64,000 nucleotides of DNA from Vulcanimicrobiota bacterium (GTDB taxonomy: Bacteria > Vulcanimicrobiota > Vulcanimicrobiia > Vulcanimicrobiales > Vulcanimicrobiaceae). Shown here one piece after another: positions 42,258 through 52,622 of the stretch. A program made the position numbers and the translations under genes. Every line of letters starts with the position of its first letter. The first letter of the stretch is position 1. A model generated the notes under the pieces. It was given only the letters and a program-made list of their open reading frames with translations, ran no database searches and was not told the DNA's origin. The DNA lies in NCBI GenBank assembly GCA_963699435.1, contig CAVOTV010000004.1, positions 25,474 to 89,473 on the forward strand, in the 5' to 3' direction.

Positions 42258-43649
42258 GGCGGCACGACCTCGGGGCAACGCGCGCCGATGGGAAAGATCT
42301 TTTCCGGATTGAGCGCATGCGCCGGATCGAAGACGTCACGGACGCGCGCCATCGTTGCGAGATCGTCGGTCGAATAGACGCGCGTCATGGCGTCGCGTTT
42401 TTCCCAGCCGATGCCGTGTTCGCCGCTGATCGTTCCGCCGAGGTCGATCGCCGACTGCAAGATTGCGTTTCCGGTTTCGATGACGGCCGCGACTTGGCTC
42501 GGCTCGCGTTTGTCATACATCAGGAGCGGATGCAGGTTGCCGTCGCCGGCATGAAAGACGTTGCCAACGATGATGTTGTGCGCGACGGCTGCCTCTTCGA
42601 CGGCGCGCAGCGCCTGGGGAAGTTTGCTGCGCGGAACGCAGACGTCTTGCGTGTAGTAGTTGGGCGCGATGCGTCCGGTCGCGCCGGCCGCGCCCTTGCG
42701 CCCCGCCCAAAGCACGTCGCGCTCGGCTTGCGAGTCGGGCGCTCCGCCACGAGCTCGCGCCGTGCTGCGTGAACGATCGCGTGAATCGCGCGCTTCGCAC
42801 GCGTCCATGTCGTCTTCGAAGCCTGCATTTTCGATGAGCAGTACGGCTGCGGCGTCCGTCGGATAGCCGGCGTGGAAGGCGGCCTCGACCGCCTTCGACG
42901 ATCACGGCGTCCATCATCTCGAGCGCGGTCGGCATGATGCCCGGCGGCAACGATCGCCGAGACCGCCTCCGACGCCGAGTCGATGTCGTCGAATGCCGCG
43001 ACCCACACGCGCACCGATTCCGGAAGCGGCTGCAGCCGCACCCAGGCCGCGGTGACGATCCCGAGCGTTCCTTCGCTGCCGACCAGTGCCGCCGTCAGAT
43101 CGTAGCCGGCGTCGTCGATGCTCGTGTGCGAACACCTCGCCGCGCTCGTCGACGACCTCGAGCGCCGAGACGTGGTTGACCGTCGTTCCGTACGAGAGGC
43201 AGTGCGGGCCGCCGGCGTTGGTTGCAATGTTTCCGCCGATCGTCGAGATCTTCTGCGACGACGGATCGGGCGCATAGAAGAGGCCGCTCGGCGCGGCTCG
43301 CCGGGAGAGGTCGAGATTGATGAGGCCGGGCTGCACGCGCGCCCGCCGGTTTCGCTACGTCGAGTTCGAGCATGCGGTTCATCCGCGCAAATGAGATGCA
43401 CGATGCCGCCCTCATCGGGAACGGCGCCGCCGCAGAGTCCGGTGCCCGCGCCGCGCGCGACGATCGGCTCGCCGCAGTCGCGCGCGATCTTCACGACCGC
43501 GCTCACGTCGCGTGTCGAAGCGGGCAGCACGACGGCCGACGGCGCACCGCCTCGGTATACGCGTCGAAAGCGTAGACCGCGAGGTCCTCGGGCGCGGTTT
43601 TGACCGCATCGCGGCCGATCGCCTCGATTAGCCGTTCGTGCAGACTCAC
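42254..43649 (-). pseudogene. glcD: Glycolate oxidase / FAD-linked oxidase subunit GlcD, about 4 frame changes
   Basis: GTG 43649 (VSLHERLIEAIG), [110 protein letters not shown] and NVFHAGDGNLHPL...GGTISGEHGIGWEKR...FDPAHALNPEKIF. Confidence 0.8.
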
Positions 43650-43655
43650 GGCGCG

Positions 43656-44907
43656 TTACTCGTAGAGCAGGTACCGGCGCCGCATCGCTGCGAACTCGGC
43701 GGTCGGTCCCGCCCACTGCGCGAGAATCTCGGACGCGCTCTTTCCCGCAAGCAGCGCGGTGCGGATCGAATCCGTTCCCCAATCGCGATCGAGAACGTTG
43801 AGGTTCGCAATTGCGATCGCGTGTGGGAAGAGGTCGCGAACGGCGACGAGGATTTCTACGGCGGTTCGCACCGCCTAGAAGCGTCGCGGATCGAAGACGA
43901 CGAGCTCGAACGCCGGTGAGCTCGTGGTCCTTCCAGAAGCCGGCGATCGGCGACCAGGCTGCCGGGGCGGAACCATACGCCGGGGAGATTGCGCGCGTTC
44001 AGACGCGCCGCCAAGCTCGCGCCGTCGATCCCGGAAGCGCCGGCGAGGAAGAACGGCATGGTGAAACCCGCTGCCGTTGTTGACGCCGGCGTTGTCGATC
44101 AGAGCCGGTGCAGACATACACGAACGTCGTCTGCCACGTCCGGGATGTTCGGCGAGGTCTGCACCCATTGCAAGCCCGTGTCGGGCCAGATCATCGAGCG
44201 ATGCCAGCCGCGCATCTGCACGACGCGAAGCGTCGCGCCGATGCCGAAGCGTTCGTTGAAACAGCGTCGCGAGTTCGCCGACCGTCATGCCGTGGCGCAT
44301 CGCGATCGGATAGAGCCCGATGAACGATTCGAAGGCAGGCTCCAGCACGGGCCCTTCGATGATCGTCGCCGCCGATCGGGTTGGGCCGGTCGAGCACCCA
44401 GAACTCTTTGCCGTGAACTGCTTCGCGCTCTGCATCGCGTAGGCCATCGTCGAAATGTACGTGTAGGCGCGCGAGCCGACGTCTTGAATGTCGAAGAGCA
44501 GCACGTCTACGCCGTCGAGCATCGCGGCGTTCGGGTGCCGGCGTGACGCGCCGTACAGGCTGTAGACCGGAAGCCGCTTTGCGGATCGATGTACGATCGC
44601 GACCGACGCGCCGGCCGGCCGCGATCGCCGCGAAAGCCGTGCTCGGGCGCATAGATCGCGCTGCAGGCGGATCTCGGCCGGTGCGGCGGATCGCGTCGAC
44701 GATCGATTCTAGCCGCGACGTGACGCCGCTCTGATTGGCGATCACGCCGACGCTGCGGCCGTTGAGGTCGCGCCACGCGTCTTGCAGGAAGACTTCGTCG
44801 CCGAGCGTGACGCGCGCCGCGCGGCAGCGATTCGGCCGTCGGCGCGCGTCACGTAGCTTGCAAGCGGCGAGACGCGGCGGCGGCGGCGAGAAACGCTTAC
44901 GGCGCAA
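43656..44907 (-). pseudogene. DUF1343 family protein (exo-beta-N-acetylmuramidase NamZ-like), about 5 frame changes; start approximate
   Basis: GRSVGVIANQSGV, ...PEHGFRGD..., [76 protein letters not shown] and the tail ORF 43656..43871. A candidate TTG start lies at 44907. Confidence 0.7.
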
Positions 44908-45753
44908 GCGGTCGGCTAACGCGCGTTCCGTCGATGCGAGATATGCCGGCTGCGTGCGCGCGCGAGAAGAGCGCGTGCGACCGCTTCGATGCCTTCCTTG
45001 CCCGAGGTCTTCGGTGAATGCGTTGACGTACAGCTCGATGTGCGCGCGCATCACGTCGTCGTTCATCTCGACGGCGTGCTCGCGAACGTATGGCATGACC
45101 GCCGCTTCGTTCGCGCGCGCGTAGGCGAGGCTGCGGCGAATCGCTGCATCGATCTCGCGGGCTCGGTCGTCGTCGACGTCGTTGCGCACGAGAATCGCGC
45201 CGAGCGGAATCGGCAGCAGCGTCATGCGTCTCCCACCACTCGCCCAGATCCGCGATGGCGATCAAGTCCGGCTCGCGATAAGTGAAGCGCGACTCGTGAA
45301 TGATCAGCCCGGCGTCGACCTCGCCGTTCGCGACGAGCGTCCGCGATGATCGGTCGAAGCGCATCTGCACCGTTTCGGCCGCGCGCCGAGGGCGAGCTGC
45401 AGCAGCATGAACGCGCGTCGTGCGCTCGCCGGGAATCGCGATCCGCTTGTCGGCGGAATCGCATGAAGAGCGGTCCGACGCCGGGGCGCGAGACCAGCAG
45501 CGGTCCGCAGCCGCGTCCGAGCGCTCCGCCCGCGCGGAGGATGCGGTAGCTATCCATCAGAAACGGGATCGCGCCGTAACTGACCTTGGTGAGTTCGTAC
45601 TTCGCCGCTTGCCGCGGCGACTCGTTGAGCTCTTCGATGTCGGCGAGGTGCACATCGACGTGCCGGCGCATCGCTCGAGCAACCCGTTGGTGAGCGCGGC
45701 GAAGATGTACGTATCGTTCGGGCAGGGCGAATAGGCCAGCGGGTAACGGTCAT
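44897..45753 (-). pseudogene. mqnD: 1,4-dihydroxy-6-naphthoate synthase MqnD (futalosine pathway), about 3 frame changes
   Basis: ATG 45753, LAYSPCPNDTYIFAAL, HLADIEELN, ELTKVSYGAIPFLMDSYRILRAGGALGRGCGPLLVSR, ANGEVDAGLIIHESRFTY, LPIPLGAILVRNDV and HIELYVNAFTEDLG. Confidence 0.8.
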
Positions 45754-46389
45754 CGGCGTGACTCCGCGTGCCGTACGCCCGGCAGCTCGAAGAACGCGTT
45801 CAGCGATGGCGCGCACTGTTGTAACCCGGCCACACCGGCCGCGAAATCCCAGCCGCTGCGCTCGCGGTCGCCGACGCGATTCGAAATGCCGCGCACTTCG
45901 ATCGGCGTGAACGCCGGCGAGTTGCGCGGCGCGCATGACGGCGAAGCCTTCCATCGTCTCGACCTGCGCGCCGCGATCGCGGCGAGCCGCCGCGCGGTCG
46001 CTTCGCTCGTCGTGACGCGCGAGACGGTGATTCCGCGCAGCACGGGAAATCCGTGCCGCCGCAGCTCGCGCGACGAGCGGGGCGTCAGAGTGCCGACGCG
46101 ATCGACGAGCGCGATGCCCGGTGGAAGCGCGAGCGGCGCGCCGCTCTCGAGATCGAGTTCGAAGCGTCGTCGGAGCAACGACCACGCCGTCGCCGACGGG
46201 CGCGGCGCCGTCGAACGCTCCGGCGATGCCGGCGTTGACGACGAGCTCGTAGCGCTCGCTGCGCGAGCGCCGCGGTCACGACGACGCGGCCTCGACCGGC
46301 CCGACGCCGGTTACCAGGCGTTCGACGCCGCTCAGCGCGGCTGCCAGAACGCCAGTTCTCGCTTCGACGGCGCAGGCAAGCAGAATCAC
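45750..46389 (-). pseudogene. mqnB: Futalosine hydrolase MqnB (PNP/UDP family), about 3 frame changes
   Basis: GTG 46389 overlaps the queE stop. It carries ILLACAVEAR, LVTGVGPVEAA, VVNAGIAGAFDG and VETMEGFAVMRAAQLAGV..IEVRGISNRVGDRERSGWDF. It overlaps the mqnD start by 4 nt. Confidence 0.7.
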
Positions 46390-46963
46390 GGCACACCGAT
46401 GAACTTGTGCGTTTGCAGCGAGAGGCGGAAGCGCTGCGGATGCGCCTTCGCGTACTCGAGCGCGAGCGCGACGTTGGCCGGCTTGTTGCCTTCGGGCTGC
46501 AGCAGGATCGTCGGCTGTCGAGCGAAGAGCGCGAGATGTTCCTCGGGTACGCGCCGGTCGACGATCAGCTTCGCTTCGTTGGCGCGCGCGCGCCATGCGC
46601 GGATCGACGCGCTCTTTCGGCGAGACGCAGAGCCAGACGTCGTCGGGCAGCTCGGTGAAGATCGTGCCGTTCGATTCGACGTGCACGCGGCGGCCATCGC
46701 GCGCGCAGCGCCTCGATCAGCGCGGGCGTCTCCGCTTGCGCGAGCGGTTCGCCGCCGGTGAGGATCACCATCGGGCACTCGCCGCCGGCTTCGCGCACCG
46801 TCGCGACGACGTCGTCGACGCTGGCGAACGATTTCGTCGAGTAGTCGGTATCGCAGAAATCGCAGGCGAGGTTGCAGCCGGCCAGCCGCACGAAGACCGC
46901 CGGCGTTCCCGTCCACGTGCCTTCGCCTTGAATGCTGTAGAAGATCTCCGCAAGTTGGATCAT
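46386..46963 (-). pseudogene. queE: 7-carboxy-7-deazaguanine synthase QueE (radical SAM), 2-3 frame changes
   Basis: ORF 46565..46963 carries MIQLAEIFYSIQGEGTWTGTPAVFVRLAGCNLACDFCDTDY and VILTGGEPL. Then come VHVESNGTIF (ORF 46276..46686) and ILLQPEGNK...RLSLQTHKFIGVP (ORF 46386..46916). Confidence 0.85.
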
Positions 46964-46982
46964 GCCGCGTCAGTGAGGAGAG

Positions 46983-47349
46983 TCAGCGTCGTCGCGGCGC
47001 AGCGACGGCGCACGCGGTTGGCGTTTCCCAGAGGACGAGTTCGTCGAGGCCGCGTCGAGCGCCGGCTCGAGCCGCTTCCAGATCCAGAGCAGCGATGTGC
47101 TCGGCGGTCGGATTCTCGATGAGGTCGTTGAGTCGCTGATGATCGAGCGTGTCGACGACGCGCTACGCGACGATCGCGCTTGATGTCGTCGAAATCCACG
47201 ACCATGCCGCGCGCCGGCCCCGTCGTTCTGAGCGGGCCGCGGACGGCGACTTCGAGACGGTACGAATGCCCGTGCATGCGCGCGCACTTGCCCGGGATGG
47301 AACGGCAGCACGTGCGCCGCTTCGAAGCGGAACTGCTTGCGAATTGCAT
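46983..47349 (-). pseudogene. queD: 6-carboxy-5,6,7,8-tetrahydropterin synthase QueD, frame changes plus an in-frame TAG (47163..47165)
   Basis: IRKQFRFEAAHVLPFHPG, KCARMHGHSYRLEVAV, GMVVDFDDIK, AIVA*RVVDTLDHQRLNDLIENPTAEHI, LIWKRLEPAL and LVLWETPTACAV are pieced from three frames. It lies directly upstream of queE. Confidence 0.75.
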
Positions 47350-47359
47350 GGTGGACGCG

Positions 47360-48717
47360 TTAGAGCTCTCCTTCCGGTCCCATCGCTTCCAGACGCTGCT
47401 TGAGGTCGGCGAGGAAGCCGCTGGCGACGTAGCCGTCGACGACGCGATGGTCGAGCGACAGGCAGGAGTTCATCATCGAGCGGATCGCGATCGCATCGTC
47501 GTCGCGCACGACGAGCTTCTTGACGACGGCCTCCATCGTGACGATGCCCGCCTGGCCCGCGTTGATGATCGGCGCCGACGCCCACGAACCATTGGCGCCG
47601 TTGTTATTGACGGTAAACGTACCGCCGGCGAGATCGTCGACGCCGAGCTTACCTTGCGGGCCTTGTCGATGAGCTCGCCGGCCGCAATCGCGAGTCCCTT
47701 GATCGAGAGCTGGTCGGCGTGCTTGACGACCGGAACGACGAGATTGGTCGGCAGTCCGATCGCGATGCCGATGTTGACGTCATCGTTAACGTAGATACTG
47801 GCTGGATCGATCCGGCCGCGGCGTGAAGCGTGCGTTCATCAGCGGGAACGCCGCCAGCGACTCGACGACGGCGCGGATGAAGAAGGGCAGCAGCGTGAGC
47901 TTGTAGCCGGTTTCGCGTTCGAAGCGGTCTTTCTCGCGGACGCGCCACTGCCACACGTCGGTGACGTCGATCTCGACCATCGACCAGGCGTGCGGGGCCG
48001 TGTGTTTGCTCTCGACCATGCGTTCGGCGATGATGCGCCGCGCTTGGTCGAGCGGAACCGTCGTTCCGGGAATCGGCTGCGCGTAGCGTCGACGTTCCGG
48101 CGGGCGGCGGCGGCCGCGATGGTTCGGCGCGCGGCCGGAGCGCCGTCGGCACCGAAGTGCGGCCGACGGCGATGCGCTGCGCCGACCGCGGCGCCGGGCC
48201 CATGCTCGCGGCGGTGAGAACGTCCTCGGCGGTAACGCGGCCGTTTGCGCCGCTGCCGTTGAAGGCGCGGATGTCGAGGCGATGTTCGCGCGCCAGACGG
48301 CGCACGGCCGGCGAACAGCCGCGGAGCGCATCCTCGGCGTTCCGCACGCGTGCGCTGGAGCGACGGTTTGCGGCATTACGCGTGGCCGTTGGCTTGCGCG
48401 GGCGCGGCGGCTGCGGCGCTTGCCGCGGTGACGCTGCGCGGGCGCTGCCGGTGCGCGGCGGTTGCGCTCGGCGGCGCCCGACTTCGTCGATCACGGCGAT
48501 CGGCGTGCCGGTCGCGACGGTCTCGCCTTCCTTGACGAGCAGCTCGCGGATGTACGCCGGTGACCGGCGACGGAACTTCGGCGTTGACTTTGTCGGTCGA
48601 GACTTCGACGAACGTCTTCGTACTTGTCGACGAATCGCCGACCTTCTTGAGCCACTGCGCGACGGTCCCTTCGGTGACGGTCTCGCCGAGCTGCGGCATC
48701 GTAATCGTGGTTGCCAT
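47360..48717 (-). pseudogene. 2-oxoacid dehydrogenase E2 (dihydrolipoamide acyltransferase), about 5 frame changes
   Basis: Lipoyl domain [28 protein letters not shown]...[18 protein letters not shown]3/E1-binding SPAVRRLAREHRLDIRAFNGSGANGRVTAEDV, and catalytic RRIIAERMVESKHTAPH, TLLPFFIRAV, VNIGIAIG and LSLDHRVVDG. The stop is TAA 47360..47362. Confidence 0.85.
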
Positions 48718-49693
48718 TAGAACTTCACCATTTCTCGCATCGCTTCGGCCATCTCGGCCGGCGACGACATGAACTCTTCTTCGAGCGGCACGCGCGTAGC
48801 CCATCGCGGGAACGTCGGGGCCGCAGAGCGCCGGATCGGCGCGTCGAGATTGAAGAGCGCTTCTTCGGCGACCATCGCGCTGATCTCCGCGCCGATGCCG
48901 CCGAACTTGTTGTCCTCGTGAATGATCAGCAGCTTGCGCGTTTTCTCGACGCTGCTCAAGGATCGTCGTCTTGTCCATCGGCCGGATCGAGCGCAGGTCG
49001 ATGACTTCGACCGAGATGTCCGTCGTCTTGCAGAGCTGCTGCGCCGCTTCGAGCGCCCAGTGCACGTAGAGCCCGTACGAAACCACCGTCAGCTGGGTGC
49101 CCTCTTTGAGCACGTTGGCTTTGCCGAGCGGAATCGTGTAGTGGCCGTCGGGCACCTCGCCTTTGATGAGGCGATAGGTTTTCTTGTGCTCGAGGAAGAG
49201 CACCGGATCCGGATCGTCGATCGCGGCATTGAGCAGGCCCTTGACGTCGGCCGGGAACGACGGCGCGACGATCTTGAGGCCCGGCACGTGGTAGAAGAGC
49301 GCCTCGATCGAGACCGAGTGCGAAAGCGCGCCGCGAACGCCGCCGCCATAGGGCGTGCGAATCACCAGCGGGCACGTGTACTCGCCGTTGGTGCGATAGC
49401 GCGTCTTGGCCGCCTCGCCGACGATCTGGTTGAACGCCGGGTAGATGAAGTCGGCGAACTGAATCTCGGCGATCGGGCGCAGGCCTTCCATCGCCATGCC
49501 GACGCGATGCCGACGATCGAGGCTTCGGCGATCGGCGTATCGATGACGCGCTGCTCGCCGAACTCGCTGATGAAATCCTTGGTAATGAGGAAGACGTTGC
49601 CGCGCGCGCCGACGTCTTCGCCGAGGATCACGTGCGGTCGTCGTTCTTCATCGCCTCGTAGAGCGTCGCGCGAACGGCTTCGACGTTGTTCAT
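48717..49693 (-). pseudogene. 2-oxoacid dehydrogenase E1 beta subunit, about 3 frame changes
   Basis: ATG 49693 (MNNVEAVRATLYEAM), [81 protein letters not shown] and [18 protein letters not shown]. The stop overlaps the E2 ATG by 1 nt. Confidence 0.85.
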
Positions 49694-49712
49694 CACGGTC
49701 GACGTGTCGTGC

Positions 49713-50745
49713 TCACGACTGCCACGGCTGCCAGGCTCCTTCGTAGAGGTTGGTATAGATGTCCGACGGTAGCAGGATACGGCAGCGCCTCGGCCGCGTC
49801 GGTCGCCTCGTTCGTCTCGCGAGCACGTATTTCTGCATCGCGTCGACGTCGCCGGCCGTTGCGATGCCGTGCTCGATCAGCACTGCCTCGAACGCCGGCA
49901 CCGGATCCTGCTTGCGCCGCTCCGCGACCATCTTCGCGCGTGCGATACGTCATGTCGTTGTCGTCGGTCGAGTGCGCGAGGAAGCGGTAGCACGTGCCTT
50001 CGACCAGCGTCGGGCCGCCGCCGCTGCGCGCGCGATCCAACGCCTCCTTCACTGCCGCATACGTCTCGATCGGATCGAAGCCGTTGAACCGCCGCCCGGG
50101 CATACCGTAGCCCGCCGCGCGCTTCCAGATCTCCGGCTGCGCCATCTGTTTGGCGAGCGGCGTCGAGATCGCCCATTCGTTGTTCTCTACGAGCATCACG
50201 AACGGCAGTTTGTGGATCGACGCGAAGTTCATCGACTCGTGCCACTCGCCTTCGCTCGTCGTTCCGTCGCCGCACGTCGCGAGCACGGCGCGCCCGGTTT
50301 CACCGCGATACTTCATCGCATAGGCGGCGCCGACCGCGTGCGGGAGATGGGCGGCGAGGATCGACGAGAACGACATCAGGCCGGCCGCTTTGGACGAGTA
50401 ATGGTTGGGAAACTGGCGCCCGCCGTTGTGATCCGTCGGCGCGCGCGAAAATCGAGAGCAATATCTCGAACGGCGAGAGGCCGATGCCGAGACAGAGTCC
50501 GAGATCGCGATAGTACGGCGCGAGAATGTCTGTGCCCGCGATGGAACGCCATCGCGGCTCCGGCTTGCAAGGCTTCGTGTCCCTCGCTGCCGAGCGCAAA
50601 CGGAACCTTTGCCTTGCCGGTTGAGTTGAAAGCCGCGATTGTCGAGTTGCCGCTGCAGCAGCATGTTGCGGAAGATCGCTCGCAACTGCTCGTCGCTTAG
50701 CCCGTGACGCTCGAGCGTTCCGGTTGCCGTATCGGTACTTGCCAT
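49713..50745 (-). pseudogene. 2-oxoacid dehydrogenase E1 alpha subunit, copy B (downstream copy), about 6 frame changes
   Basis: ATG 50745 (MASTDTATGTLERHGLSDEQLRAIFRNMLLQRQLDNRGFQLNRQGK), YYRDLGLCLGIGLSPFEILL, GGRQFPNHY, LPHAVGAAYAMKYRGETGRAVLATCGDGTTSEGEWHESMNFASIHKLPFVMLVENNEWAIS, and it ends ...LYEGAWQPWQS. Confidence 0.85.
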
Positions 50746-50774
50746 CGTCGCTTCCGTCTCTTCTGTTACTGCCG

Positions 50775-51802
50775 TTACTGCCAGGGCTCCCAGCCGTTCG
50801 CGTGGACGCGCGCGTAGAGGTCGCTCGCGGCTGGATAGGCCATCGCTTCGGCCCGGTCGGTCGCATCGTTGGCCTCTTCGAGGATGGAACGCTTCAATGC
50901 TTCCGCGCCCTCGGGAGTGAGGATCGCATGCTCGACCAGCAGGCGCTCGAAGCACGGAACCGGGTCGTCCTTCCGGCGGGCCGCGACTTCGTCGCGCGAA
51001 CGGTAGGTCGCGGTCGTCGTCGTCGGTGGTGTGCGATAAAAATCGGTAGCACTTGGCCTCGACCAGGGTCGGTCCGCCGCCGGAGCGCGCTCGCCCGAGC
51101 GCTTCGCCGACGGCGGCGTAGCACGCGATCGGATCCATGCCGTTTACGACCGCGCCCGGCATGCCGTACCCCGCCGCCCGTTTGTACACGTCGGGCTGGG
51201 CCATCTGCCGCGCAAGCGGCGTCGAGATCGCCCATTCGTTGTTCTCGCAAAGAAAGACGATCGGGAGCCGATGGACGGCGGCAAAGTTGACCGACTCGTG
51301 CCACTCGCCTTCGCTCGTCGCGCCGTCGCCAAACGTCGTGAGCACGGCCCGCCCCTCCTCGCCGCGAAACTTCATTGCATAGGCCGCGCCGACCGCATGC
51401 GGCAACTGCGCCGCAATCACCGAGCTGATCGTCTGCAAGCCGAGACGGCGGCTCGCATAGTGATGCGGAAACTGTCGTCCAGCCGAGTGATCGGCGGCGC
51501 GAGCGAAGAGCGAAAGGAGCACTTCGTACGGCGTCAGGCCAATCCCGAGCGCCAAGCCCGAGATCGCGGTAATACGGCACGAGGATGTCCTTGCCGCGCA
51601 CGAATGCCATCGCCGCGCCGGCCTGCACCGCTTCGTGCCCTTCGCTCGCCGACGCGAACGGGATCTTGCCCTGACGATTGAGCTGGAATCCTCGGTTCTC
51701 GAGGGTTCGCTGCATCAGCATCGTGCGGAAGATCGCGATCAGTTGTTCGTCGGTCAAGCCCTGCCGCTCGAAAGCGAGCAGTTCGGACTTTCGCGTGCTC
51801 AC
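50775..51802 (-). pseudogene. 2-oxoacid dehydrogenase E1 alpha subunit, copy A (upstream copy), 2 frame changes (near 51560 and 51010)
   Basis: GTG 51802 (VSTRKSELLAFERQGLTDEQLIAIFRTMLMQRTLENRGFQLNRQGK), LGIGLTPYEVLL, AGRQFPHHY, LPHAVGAAYAMKFRGEEGRAVLTTFGDGATSEGEWHESVNFAAVHRLPIVFLCENNEWAIS, and it ends ...VHANGWEPWQ at TAA 50775..50777. Confidence 0.85.
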
Positions 51803-51878
51803 GCGTCGTACTCGCTCGCGGCGGCGGCCAAATCCTGCGCCGAAGGTAGCGAGCGGACGGGCGCCCAACAACGCCGCC

Positions 51879-52622
51879 ATGTCTTTGCGGGCAGCGGCGT
51901 CGCTCGTGGCGCTTGCAGCGCTGGCGGTACCGGCGCGCGCCGCCGACGATGCGGCGCTAAAATGGAAGTACGACAACCCTTTTTGCCAAGTCGTCGCCGG
52001 CGTCACCCCCGCTTCGGAAGGCCCAGGGTACCAGCTCGCCCTTTTTACGTCTCGCGGGGCCACGATCGATGCCCACGTCACGCTGGTGAGCGCGACCGAC
52101 GCGTTCGACGCGCACGTCGCCGGGATGCCGCTGTCCGGATCGCCGGGCGATCGGCAAACCGAGCCGATGCTGCTTACGGTTCCGTCGAGCGATCCGCCGC
52201 GGTACTTTTTCGTCGATTCGTACGCGATCGACGGCGCGGCTGCGGTCACGTGCCCGTCGTACGTCTTCGAGGTCGCCGAAGAGACCGTTGCGCTTCCGAC
52301 CGGGGCGCCCGAGATTCATGCCGCGCATCTTCAGTCCATCGGTCCGTTGAAATGCGGAGAGACGTACACGCAGCCGCGTATGCGCGGCGACTTGACGAGT
52401 CCGGCCGGCGCGTACGGCGGAGGACGGCTCGTCGCCGTCGTCCGGGCGTACGTCGATTCGAACGGCTATGCCCTGCGCGAGGAGCTCGCGCAGTCTAGCG
52501 GCGTCGAAGGCTGGGACAAGTTCGCGCTCGGCGCGGTGGGCGTTCATCAGTTCGATCCGGCCCGATTTTTGTGCGTTCCGGTCGTCGGGCAGATCGAAAT
52601 CAAGCTGACGTACTATCCATGA
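51879..52622 (+). CDS. Secreted hypothetical protein with TonB-C-like C-terminal domain
   Basis: In-frame part of track ORF 51678..52622 from ATG 51879, with signal peptide MSLRAAASLVALAALAVPARA. The C-terminus GRLVAVVRAYVDSNGYALREELAQSSGVEGWDKFALGAVGVHQFDPARF...GQIEIKLTY resembles the TonB_C fold pattern. Confidence 0.5.
   Translation: MSLRAAASLVALAALAVPARAADDAALKWKYDNPFCQVVAGVTPASEGPGYQLALFTSRGATIDAHVTLVSATDAFDAHVAGMPLSGSPGDRQTEPMLLTVPSSDPPRYFFVDSYAIDGAAAVTCPSYVFEVAEETVALPTGAPEIHAAHLQSIGPLKCGETYTQPRMRGDLTSPAGAYGGGRLVAVVRAYVDSNGYALREELAQSSGVEGWDKFALGAVGVHQFDPARFLCVPVVGQIEIKLTYYP

Noticed and set aside
49693-51555. A 620-aa minus-strand ORF that looks like one giant fused dehydrogenase protein.
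   Set aside because: It is a read-through artefact. It contains the middle of E1 alpha copy A, an out-of-frame stretch across the real stop (TAA 50775) and intergenic spacer, then parts of copy B. Two separate genes with their own starts and W.PWQ C-termini explain it better.
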